A program made the position numbers and the translations under genes. Of a DNA stretch of 64,000 bases, positions 53,226 through 64,000 are shown piece by piece. Under the pieces are notes generated by a model. That model was not told the origin of the DNA, searched no databases, and saw only the letters and a list, made by a program, of their open reading frames with translations. The number at the start of each line of letters is the position of its first letter. Position 1 is the first letter of the stretch. This DNA comes from Eledone cirrhosa (Eukaryota). The stretch covers positions 54,374,001 through 54,438,000 of the forward strand of contig OZ024746.1 of the NCBI GenBank assembly GCA_964016885.1, read 5' to 3'.

Positions 53226-54134
53226 AGTTTAGCAGAAAAGCACAAGGAGGAACTGAGGGCATTCTTTCTCCCAATACGACACCAAAAATATCTCTATCCC
53301 TCCCATGTTCCAGTTCCGTTTCCCCACCAATTTTATTTATTTGAGTGAGCCTACACATATGCCTACATACGCTCATTTAAATATTTCGGTACGGTTTATT
53401 AGACTGAATTTGCAATTCTGTTCTTAAATGTCGTCATCTTTCATAATGTCATTTTGAATAATATATTATTAATTCCAGGCTTGAAGGGATGTAGATTATA
53501 TTTAACTCCGATTAGTGAAGACTTCTGTAATATCAACTTAGTTCAATTCAATATAATTATTTAGGTTAACACATACCTCCCAAAATGATATAACATTACA
53601 AGTTAAGAACAAGTTCTAGAGCCTCTAAATTTGAAGATCTTGAAGCCTCAGAAGCCTACTTGGTATACCTTGCAAATCCTGTCAAGTTCCATACAAACAC
53701 AACACAGCAGGAAAAACGGAAGATGTTAAAAGAACGGGTGCACCTCCGAGCATAGAGACAGAAAATTATAAAGCAATTTAAATGTGTGAGAGTTGAAATA
53801 ATTTTGAGAGAAAACTAGTGTGCTGCAAGGCCACTTTAGCAGCAAGGGGTTTCTAATTTATTTCAGATCCTCTGGCTAAGAAAGGAGTAGATAAGAGCAT
53901 ATACCCCTGGTGAGACACGCTGTATAATACAGAAATATACGTTGGAACACCATCGTTTACACAACGGAACATCCAGCTAGTGAAATTAATGTGCAAATGA
54001 TTGAGCACTCAAGAGACATTTAACCTACTCTTCACGTAGTTCTGTTTTATAGCTTATAACATTTGTTTGTGATGGTGATAGGATTACCAGTATCTTGTTA
54101 ATCTTGTCTATCTCATCAATACACACAGGACCGC

Positions 54135-54500
54135 AGCGTGGACGCTCCTATCTTGACCACTCGCTTGGAAGAAAAACTTAACGTCCCATCTGTAACAACA
54201 ATGGATCTAAAGGCGAGCGAGGCACTGCCCTCCGAAGCAGATACAAACTATGCATTGTGGAAATACCTCAACCGATTAAGATCTAGTGTTGGTCGTGCAA
54301 AAGTCAATCTGACAAAATGGAGATAATTAAAGGATGGGGACGTTGTGTGTGATTGGAGCATCGAAGCACAGTCTAAGCATCACCTCTTGATATGCCCTCG
54401 GCTACAACGTTCATGCACAGCATTGGACTTGGTAGAGTTTAATGAGAAAGGACAGCAATGTGTTCAGCTTTGTAGCTGACACTCTCATGGACAAAATAAG
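54135..54500 (+). mobile_element. Decayed LINE 3' fragment (Ingi/Vingi-like)
   Basis: LWKYLNRLRSSVGRAKVNLTKW...HHLLICP resembles the WxxLNRLRTGVGR..KW..CCHC C-terminus. Confidence 0.55.
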
Positions 54501-54614
54501 AAGAAAAGCGTAGTTCTAAGGGACACCCAGCGTGATATATATATGTGCCCGTAGATATTGTTAGCCACTTGATGAATCTATAATGACTAGTTCGCGCTCT
54601 CTGCGAGTGTGTGA

Positions 54615-54658
<44 letters not shown>

Positions 54659-55180
54659 TTAAAGGAATGAAGGAGAAATATAGGAAACAGAAAACGCGGA
54701 AGAGAGAAGTACATGGACAATACCCGCTCATCGGCTGTCTTTCTGAGGATCATTATAGTTTCGGATGCTTTATAAGACATGAATAGTCAACCCCAGTGCG
54801 TTAATAGAAACCACAGATATATCCATGGATAGTTATTCGGGATGAAATCACAAAGGACGTAGGACAAAAAAAAAAAAAATACTAAACATAGAAGAAATAT
54901 CTACATACCGATATGGGACAAGAAAATTGCTCCAATCGAAAGCAGCATAAATAAGGGTTAGGTAAACGTGGTAGAAATGAAGGAAGGAATTAAATTAATA
55001 GTAGGTCGAGCAATAAGCCCTAGAATTAATATTAATAGGAAAGCAGCGAAGATACCTATCCAGGTCGGTGGCAAACGCAAAAGGCTAAGACAAAGGCGCT
55101 GAAGAGAGAGGGAGAAAAATAATAGATAGATAGATAGAGTTTGAGAGAGGGAGAGAGAGAGAGAGAGATAGAGTTTGAGA

Positions 55181-55247
<67 letters not shown>

Positions 55248-55576
55248 AGGTTATATAGGACCACAACATTAATACAAATTAGATCGAGTTGTAAGCCCTA
55301 GAACTAATAATTTTTAGGAGAGACAAGGTGAAGATGACTGACCAGATCTCTAATTTATCAACAGGCTAAGACAAAGGCTTGGAAGGATAGGGGAGTATGA
55401 AGGACTGAGGAGGAGGGAGAAAAAGATAGGTGAGGTGGAGAAAAAGATAGGTGAGGTGATTGGCCGACTGGGTACACAGCTGTGTTTTTTCTCCCGACTT
55501 TGCTCTCCCCTATAGATTGCTTGCCTTGTGCTTAAACTAAAGAAATTATTATAATTATCATTATAGTTGCTTCTTC

Positions 55577-55715
55577 AAGGGCGGTGGATTGGCAGTATCG
55601 GTAGAGGGTTAGACGCCAAGCTTTGCAGCATAAAGTTACGGCCCTTTATGGGGTCGATTTAATCGACTTTTCCCTCCCCAATATTGCTAGCCTTGTGCCT
55701 ATAGTAGAAACCATT
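55577..55715 (+). mobile_element. SINE family 1, internally deleted
   Basis: Head aagggcggtggattggcagtatcgg joined to the 3' end. Confidence 0.8.
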
Positions 55716-56488
55716 ACAGTTGCTTCTTCGTTTCCGCTGTTCAGTATCAGTTGCAAATACTTCTACCACACCCACAGCCCGTACTACTAGCACAACTAGT
55801 ACAGCCACCATCTTTGCCAGAATCCCAATCTCCGCCGCAGATATCTCTACCAACGCCACCCTCATCATGGACATTATAACCTACATAACCACAAGCGCCA
55901 CCACCACAACCGTTATGTTTACCACAAGCACAAGCCCCATTCACAACTGTCACTATCCATGCCAACATTAGCGCCACCACCACATTGACCACAATCCAAA
56001 ACTATCACTACCATCACCGAATCCACCACCACCACCACAAACAACACCAGCACCACCACCACTACAGACATACCATGATCTGAAGAATCTAAATTCTACT
56101 TGAGATTTATATTATGCATGTTCAATGAGAGATGGAATTCTCAAGAGCAGATTCTTTAAAAATGGATTCAAGCTTAAGAAAACATTATGGAGTATTTCTT
56201 GTATTATATTAGTCGTACTAATATAGTGTGACATATGACTTGATCTGAGATCATGTGCTGCAAAGATCATAGACAAGTCTTTACTACTAATCATTCATCA
56301 GGCCTATCAACCTCTCGACATTGTGCACAGATATTAGATAAATGAATAACAATTGTATTCAATTTGTGGAGTAGCACATATGAGATAATTACATAGTTTA
56401 TGGAAATTAATAAAAAGACACGAACTACATTTTTGCAATTTGATATCAATACTTATTATCATTCAATTTCCACTGTTCTACTTAATAA

Positions 56489-56880
56489 CGGTTTCTACTT
56501 TAGGCACAAGGCCAGCAATTTGAAGGGGAGGGGAAAGCCGATTACATCGATTAAATTACTGGTGTTATATCTTATCGACTCCGTAAGGATGAAAGGCAAT
56601 GCTAACCTCGGTGGGATTTGAACTCAGACCATTTAGGCCCCTAATTCTATGTCGCAAATTATATTGACCGACGCTCTACTGATTCAGCCAATCCACCGAT
56701 ACTAAATAATTTTTCTAATTTTGGAACAAGTCTAGCAATTACCCCAGTGCATTACTGGTACTTTATTTTATCGAACCCCTGATAGAAAAGCAAAGCTAAC
56801 CTCGGCGGGATTTGAACTCAGAACGTAAAGGGATATAACTCTATGCTGCAAAGAATGGTGTCTGACGCTCCACCGATACT
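56489..56880 (-). mobile_element. Two tandem SINE family 1 copies
   Basis: 56489-56698 and 56706-56880. Confidence 0.82.
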
Positions 56881-56951
56881 ATCAGTCGTTATGATAGCTA
56901 TAAAGAATATCTATTTAAAAAATAGCAAGAAATTGATGTTATTATTGGTGC

Positions 56952-57136
56952 GAGGGCGATGGATTGGCAATATCGGTAGAGGGACGGACGCCATGCTTTG
57001 CAGCAAAGAGTTACAGTCTGAGTTCAAATCCTGCCGAGGTCAACTTTGCCTTTCATCCTTACGGGGTCGATAAAATAAAGTAACAGTAATGTACTGGGTA
57101 ATTGCTGGCCTTGTGTCAAAAGTAGAAACAATTATT
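56952..57136 (+). mobile_element. SINE family 1
   Basis: A/B boxes, body and 3' end. Confidence 0.88.
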
Positions 57137-57774
57137 GGTGCACAGTGTACAATTATAGAAGCTAACGAGCCACTCGCATTACAAACCTTACAAACTAGAA
57201 GAGAGAAAGTAGTTCTTATATATCCTTATATGGGGTGTAGGGTCTTAGACATGTATGGAGACGATATTCTGTTTACACTTAAACATATAAGTCGCCCTGA
57301 CATTGAGAAAATTAGAAGAATATGTACTGCATGACGTAAACATTAGAATTTGATATCAATTGACAATCAGTTTGTAAACTTTTAAAATTGACATTAGAAC
57401 TCGAAACAGGAGACTTAATACACCTTACCATAAATCAGATGAAAATCTACTCTATGTAAACATTTCCTCTAACCATACAAAAACAGTAATTAATTCTCAA
57501 AGAGAAATGAAGAGTATTGTTATAATGAAGCTCTAGCTATCGTATTTAATATATACTATATAGATACTTCAATTATTACTTTACTATCTTACTTTCGTCA
57601 TTCATATTCCATATTGACATTAAAACCTGCTTATGGCAAATACAGAATACCTAGTGTGTGTATATATATATATATATCACCTTGACCGACCATCGTATGC
57701 CTGGTCAACGTGCTGTTTTAACCATGCGATGACGCCATCCCACTGGCAGGGCGGGCAGGCCGGGCAGGCCGTAA

Positions 57775-58000
57775 GTCTAAAGTCTGTCTTCAGCCAGAAG
57801 GCTCATTTGGCCGGTGCTTATCACGGCGAAGCGACTGAGAGCACAAGATACCCCCCTGGACAGGACGCCATCGCATGGTTAAACCTCCAGCTATGATGGT
57901 ACTCATTTACCTCCAGCTAAAATGGTACTCATTTTCAGCTGAGTAAACTGGAGCAACGTGAAATAAAATGTCTTGCTCAAAGAAACAACACATCACCCGG
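57775..58000 (-). mobile_element. SINE family 2, 3' region
   Basis: Matches 34535-34745 and 28680-28750. Confidence 0.75.
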
Positions 58001-58004
58001 TATA

Positions 58005-58039
<35 letters not shown>

Positions 58040-58048
<9 letters not shown>

Positions 58049-58990
58049 TATTTTGTAATACACTGTATGCTTAATTAAAAGCATTTCGAAGACCTTACGC
58101 TATTGTTTTAGAGTAGTGACAGTTTCACTTACTTTAAATTTTCAGCAAACAAGGGAGATAAAGCTGACAGGGCTCTGTTTCGTACTGATTGGTACTTATC
58201 AAAGCCAAGTACTCCACCTGTTTGCTGAAAATCATGAATGTTTAATTCTTATAGAATTTCTAGTAATAATCAGGAACTGATTATACAGAGCGGTTGCCAT
58301 TCAAGCACAAATTGAAAATTAGAATTGACGCTCTGAAATAGCGATATATATATATGAATGTATATATAGTGTATTTTGCAATACACTGTATACTTAATTA
58401 AAAGCATTTCGAAGACCTTACGCTATTGTTTTAGAGTAGTGACTTAAAATTTTCAACAAACAAGGGATATCAAGTTGACAGAGCTCTGTTTCGTACTGAT
58501 TGGTACTTATCAAAGCCAAGTACCCTACCTGTTAGCTGAAAATCATGAATGTTTGATTCTTATAGAATTTCTTTGATAAGTACACTATATAGACATTCAT
58601 ATATACATTATTTGCAAAATACACTATATATACATTCATATATATATATCGCTATTTCAGAGCGCCAATTCTAATTTTCAATTTCGGCAACCGTTCTGTA
58701 TAATCAGTTCCTGATTATTACTAGAAATTCTATAAGAATGAAACATTCATGATTTTCAGCAAACAGGTGGATTACTTGGCTTTAATAAGTACCAATCAGT
58801 ACGAAACAGAGCTCTGTCAGCTTTATCTCCCTTATTTGCTGATAATTTAAAGTAAGTGAGACTGTCACTACGCTAAAACAATAGCGTAGGGTCTTCGAAA
58901 TGCTTTTAATTAAGCATACAGTGTATTGCAAAATACACTATATATACATTCATATATATATATTGCTATTTCAGGGCGCCAATTGCCAAT
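58040..58990 (-). mobile_element. HHR family E: ~320-bp tandem units plus an inverted unit, U3-A8 core
   Basis: atacactgta at 58058 and 58381; inverted copy ~58610-58990; ggct-TTGATAA-gtaccaatcagtac-GAAA-cagagc(t/c)ctg-TC-a(g/a)ct at 58162-58206 (-) and 58473-58517 (-); core TTAATAA at 58777-58823 (+). Confidence 0.8.
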
Positions 58991-59093
58991 TCTGATTTTC
59001 ATATATATATATATATATATATATTATGAAGAGAGAAGAAACATTTAGATATAATTAGTAATAAAATGTATCATACCTAAACTGCTCCTAAAT

Positions 59094-59183
59094 TCCTCGA
59101 CTACGTAGTTTCGTGGCATAAACAAAAACAATACATCATAAAGACATAGAGTCCCTGCGAGGTCTGCCGACTTATCAAGAGGA
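59094..59183 (-). ncRNA. Type I hammerhead ribozyme, U3-A8 variant
   Basis: tcctc-TTGATAA-gtcggca...tgccac-GAAA-ctacgtag-TC-gagga; GUC cleavage triplet. Confidence 0.8.
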
Positions 59184-59688
59184 TACCTCATTTTACTAGT
59201 CTCAAGAACGCGTCTACACGACGTGAGAAAGAATCCCAAAAGGCGGAGGGGGAGATAGTCACGCGATATAACGGTCGAGAAACAGAGCTAAGCCTCTTAT
59301 AACCACGAAGAAAATACCACGGAGGCGGAGGGGGTATTCACATCGAGGCCGCAGAAGAGGTGGCGAAGAAGGCGAGAAGTGTGAGTAATGGAAGCTTTCC
59401 AGTTGTCCCCACACTTCAAAGATTGCTCGACCAGAGGGAGTTATTAACAATATATTTAGAAACACACAGATACATGCGGACACACACATATATACATGAA
59501 TGCATCCGCACCCAACTGTGAGTTAAGGGTGCCAACTTCACCGATGTTGCTCAATGAATGACTGGGACAGACCAATTCAGTTGAACTAGACTGAACCAGT
59601 ATCAGAGTTAAAAATACATTATGAAGAGAGAAGAAACATTTAGATATAATTAGTAATAAAATGTATCATACCTAAACTGCTCCTAAAT

Positions 59689-59778
59689 TCCTCGACTACG
59701 TAGTTTCGTGGCATAAACAAAAACAATACATCATAAAGACATAGAGTCCCTGCGAGGTCTGCCGACTTATCAAGAGGA
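59689..59778 (-). ncRNA. Type I hammerhead ribozyme, U3-A8 variant (second repeat)
   Basis: Same sequence as 59094-59183. Confidence 0.8.
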
Positions 59779-60036
59779 TACCTCATTTTACTAGTCTCAA
59801 GAACGCGTCTACACGACGTGAGAAAGAATCCCAAAAGGCGGAGGGGGAGATAGTCACGCGATATAACGGTCGAGAAACAGAGCTAAGCCTCTTATAACCA
59901 CGAAGAAAATACCACGGAGGCGGAGGGGGTATTATATATATATATATATATATATATATTTCGAAAATATTCTTATATATATATATATTTACATATATAT
60001 ATGTATATGTATATATATAAATATATATATATATAT

Positions 60037-60400
60037 ATTGTTATACTTTGGGAGGGTCATGTTGCCAATAAGAAACACACGCACCAGTTGCTTTCACTTC
60101 AATTTATTATATATTTATAAATTTATAAATTTACAAATCTACAAACTTATAAATTTCTGGTTGGTTGGTTCCACAACCAGATAGTTGTTTATATATAGTC
60201 ATAGTCGTTTCGTCACACACTCTGTGACCTCTTCAGTGACTGGGGATTCCTTTCTTTGTTTCTGTGCCTTTCCTTTCTTCTGTCCTACGCCATTTTGTTT
60301 CTGTATATATTGTTTTCGCGTATGCTTGTGTATGTACGTATTTGGATGCGTGTCTGTATTTATTTAATTTCAATTAGCACCGTATTTTATTTACTTTTTT
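60037..60400 (-). mobile_element. PLE 3' end related to 21613, with HHR at 60197-60241
   Basis: attgttatactttgggagggtcat terminus; agtca-CTGAAGA-g-gtcaca gagtg tgtgac-GAAA-cgac-TA-tgact. Confidence 0.78.
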
Positions 60401-61008
60401 CTTAACTCTGAAGCGGAGAATCATTCGGTTTCCTAGTTAGAATTTTAGTCTACGACTTCAGTTTTACCATTTACGTGGTTTTGTCTATGTTCTCCACGCT
60501 CCTCATATGACGTATTATCTTCGTTTTTTCCGTTCATTGCCAGAGAACGTCTCTATGAACCACCTAAGAGAATATTAATCTACGACTTCTTTTATACCAT
60601 AAACGTGGTTCTGTCTCTACGTGTAATTGTTTTTCACCGCTCCAAATAATTGTTTCTACGTTTGCCACAAGGCCAGCAATTATCCCAGTGCATTACTGGT
60701 ACTTTATTCGTTTTTTTCCCGTTCTTTGCCAGGGAACGTTTCCACGAACCAAAGTATCGTCTTCCTGTCTTTCTCCGGTTGCAACGTTTTTTGAAATATT
60801 CATTTCTGCGTTTACAGATTGACTTTGTCAGATTCAGAAGATCCCGTTAAGGGTGAAAGCAGCGATTCTTTGCTTCAACTTTAATCTGTTATTTTAATGA
60901 ATATTTGCTCTACGGTTCTTATATATTTGATATATATTTATCCTTATCGAGCCCTCTTTGGATTTTAGTCTTCAAATTTATTATTATTACTATATATATA
61001 TATACATG

Positions 61009-61089
<81 letters not shown>

Positions 61090-61091
<2 letters not shown>

Positions 61092-61298
61092 TAGGCCCCC
61101 GATGGTTGGCCATTTCGACACCTAGAATCCCGAACTAACCCCCAATATTGTGGGTTAGTTCGGATCTAGCTGTCGAAACGGCCGGAGCTCAGCCGTCGGG
61201 GTCCTAACTCTTTTTCTATGACCCACCCTACTACCCTAACTATCGAGTACTCTGGTGCGTTATGGTCCACCTGGGTCCTTGCCACACTTTCTTTGTTG
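61090..61298 (+). mobile_element. Family F element with 3' half-hammerhead and fold-back 5' end
   Basis: GAAA-cggc cggagctca gccg-TC-gggg at ~61175-61201; quasi-palindrome ~61094-61204. Confidence 0.7.
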
Positions 61299-61311
61299 TA
61301 TATATATATAT

Positions 61312-61414
<103 letters not shown>

Positions 61415-61418
61415 TGTG

Positions 61419-61516
<98 letters not shown>

Positions 61517-61870
61517 AAATAAACTAAAATAAATAAGTCAAATATTTAAAATTTGGCTTCGTTTATTACTGCTATATATATTTCGGTGACAGCAATCTTT
61601 GGCTGTGACCTCTTCAGGCAGTCCGAATTAGTGTGGTAGAGACGAGTACACATATTGTTGAGGTGTTTAACTTTGTCAATACTCTAATATGCCCAGTTCC
61701 TGTTTGGTTTGTTATTTCACTGAGGAACTGGAGTCATATGTTTTGTTATTTCACTGAAATATTTATTTTAGTTTATTTTACATTACTCCGGTGTAACCAA
61801 ACCAACCTGCGCACTTCGCCGAGTGCTCCAATCGGCATACGGAGTTGTTGGTATACAACCAACATATACT
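61517..61870. mobile_element. Family B element with HHR at 61568-61622 (-)
   Basis: actgc-CTGAAGA-ggtcacagccaaagattgctgtcacc-GAAA-tatata-TA-gcagt; perfect stem I. Confidence 0.85.
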
Positions 61871-61906
61871 CAAAATGTATATATATATGTATATATATAT
61901 ATATAT

Positions 61907-62122
61907 GGAAAAAATGAAACGAAATTTTATTTCTCACTCTTGTTACTTAAATATAAGCATGCTTAAATATAAGTATGTATATGTACATTCATATATGTAT
62001 ACAGACGTACAGCAGTATGTACATGTATACATACATGCACACATATATATATGTACCTATGGATTTACCGAACATTTATTATAATGCTCGGTTTGTTTGT
62101 AAAGACACATCCCGAATTAAGC
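61907..62122 (-). mobile_element. Family C terminal fragment
   Basis: Matches 47538-47745. Confidence 0.78.
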
Positions 62123-62280
62123 GTTCTCCACGCTCCACATATGGCGTATTATCTTCGTTTTTTCCGTTCATTGCCAGAGAACGTCTTTATGAACCACATA
62201 AGAGAATATTAGTCTACGACTTCTTTTATACCATAAACGTGGTTCTGTCTTTGCGTGTAATTGTGTTTCAGCGCTCTAAA

Positions 62281-62470
62281 TAATTGTTTCTACTTTAGGT
62301 ACAAGGCCAGAAATTATCCCAGTGCATTACTGGTACTTTATTTTATCGACCCCGTAAGGATGAAAGGCAAAGTCAACCTCGGCGGGATTTGAACACAGAT
62401 CGTAAAGGGACGTAACTATGCTGGAAAGCATGGCCTCCGACCCTCTACAGATACTGCCAATCCACCGCTT
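62281..62470 (-). mobile_element. SINE family 1, full length
   Basis: Near-identical to 36730-36921. Confidence 0.9.
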
Positions 62471-62792
62471 AAATAATGACGTATTATATTCGTTTTTTCC
62501 CGTTCTTTGCCAGGGAACGTTTCCACGAACCAAAGTATCGTCTTCCTGTCTTCCTCCGGTGGCAACGTTTTTTTAAATATTCACTTCTGCGTTCACAGAG
62601 TGACTTTGTTAGTTTCAGAAGATCCCGTTAAGGGTGAAAGCAGCGATTCTTTGCTTCAACTTTAATCTGTTATTTTAATAAATATTTGCTCTACGGTTCT
62701 TATATATTTGATATATATTTATCCTCATCGAGCCCTCTTTGGATTTTAGTCTTCAAATTTATTATTATTACTATATATAATTATATATATTT

Positions 62793-62944
<152 letters not shown>

Positions 62945-63618
62945 ATGCGTTTGTTTGTGTGTGTGTGTGTGTACACACTAGGAGCAAATGCATTCGTATT
63001 CAAATAATAACTTAGCGAAATTAATCAAGAATTTAGTAGTTGCATATGTTTACATATTTCTTCCATTGTTTTCCTTTTCTCTGTATACCAACAATATGAA
63101 ATATTTATAGAAGAAACCGAAAATATAAATCAATTTTCTCTTGGGGTAACAAACTCAATAATGATCTGATTAATTGTTATAACATGACACGAAAAGATAT
63201 CTCTGTTGGATATTTGATTTGAATGAATGCACACTGAGACGAACTTCACCCAGAGCTAAATTATTTCATCACAAAACAATTACGCCAACAAGCAGCCTTT
63301 GTGAAACGCCGCAAAATTAACCTAATGATGAGTGTAATTTAATTCCAAAAGATATGAACCTTCCATAAATAAAACCACTACAAAGATAATTTCCTAGATC
63401 AGAAATGCAATCAACACAGCTATGAAATCTTGCAGTCACGTTAACTGTCAATAGCAAAATGCCGTCAACAATAACTAGTATACTATTAGCTGGGCATGAG
63501 AAGATTACAGAAGATTGAAAATATATCACTAGTTTTAGAGACAACACCTGACGATATTAAACGACAAACCGTAGGTGAATATCTACGGCAGATTGATGAC
63601 AAATTAATGATTTCTTAT

Positions 63619-63823
63619 ATAGGCACAAGGCCAGCAATTTTTTTGGGGAAAGGAAAGTCGATTAAATCGACGCCAGTGTGTTACTCGTACTTTATTTTAT
63701 CGACCCCGAAAGGATGAAAGACAAAGTTAACCCCGGCGGGATTTGATCTCATATCATAAAGAGCCGTAACTATATGCTGCAAAGCATGGTGTCCGCTCCT
63801 CTACCGATACTGCCAATCCACCG
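63619..63823 (-). mobile_element. SINE family 1 (long variant)
   Basis: Family body including the gtcgattaaatcgac segment. Confidence 0.85.
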
Positions 63824-63856
63824 ACAAATCAATGCCTATTTGTATTCCCTATCAAA

Positions 63857-63990
63857 TGGTGGCGAATTGGCAAATTCGTTAGAACGTCGGATAGAATGCT
63901 TTGCGGTATTTGTTCTGGCTCTCTGATCTCTGAGTTCAAATCCCGCCGAGGTCAACTTTGCCTTTCATCCTTTCGAGGTCGATAAAAAAA
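63857..63990 (+). mobile_element. SINE related to family 1, 5' part
   Basis: ggtggcgaattggcaaattcgttag head, gagttcaaatcc, cctttcatcctttcgaggtcgataaa. Confidence 0.8.
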
Positions 63991-64000
63991 AATAGGAATC

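Larger units (their letters stand above)
56340..57540 (+). mobile_element. Decayed PLE RT fragments interrupted by three SINEs
   Basis: FLQFDINTYYHSIS; MYGDDIL..RPDIEKIR; PYHKSDENLLYVNISSNH. Confidence 0.6.
59023..59933 (-). mobile_element. HHR family G: 316-bp direct repeats around a 279-bp spacer, in (TA)n (retrozyme / non-autonomous PLE-like)
   Basis: 59023-59338 = 59618-59933 (offset 595); one HHR per repeat. Confidence 0.85.

Noticed and set aside
51320-53376. 449-aa hydrophobic and 340-aa Pro/Thr-rich ORFs
   Set aside because: Microsatellite-derived; no splice or domain evidence
54735-54780. Hammerhead (tgtcttt-ctgagga...taagaca)
   Set aside because: No GAAA and no convincing stem II
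56264-56306. Hammerhead on the minus strand (ataggc-ctgatga...gtctat)
   Set aside because: Stem I present, but GAAA and stem II are degenerate
60830-60870. cagaaga-tcccgttaagggt-gaaa hammerhead-like motif (also ~62616)
   Set aside because: Core U4 absent; no NUH site or stem I

Overview
Repeat-saturated animal genomic DNA; the tRNA-SINE families and microsatellite load suggest a cephalopod (octopod), which is an inference. No host protein-coding gene was recognised. Contents: (i) five copies or fragments of Tx1/L1-clade LINEs and a Dong/R4 (RT + REL) LINE, stacked in (TAA)n/(TTA)n tracts; (ii) a complete RTE LINE inserted as an exact twin-priming 5' inversion with an 11-bp TSD, with a predicted HDV-like ribozyme beginning at its 5' end; (iii) several decayed Penelope-like elements (PLEs); (iv) about a dozen unrelated short non-coding elements in (TA)n tracts, arranged as partial tandems and fold-backs. 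Each carries a type I hammerhead ribozyme (HHR) motif, mostly with a palindromic helix III, and two families use the covariant U3-A8 core (UUGAUAA). These are candidate non-autonomous PLEs or retrozymes that could make circular RNAs; (v) many SINEs, a 3.3-kb 22-bp minisatellite, microsatellites and a 200-N gap. All RNA structures were paired by eye and need covariance-model and biochemical confirmation.
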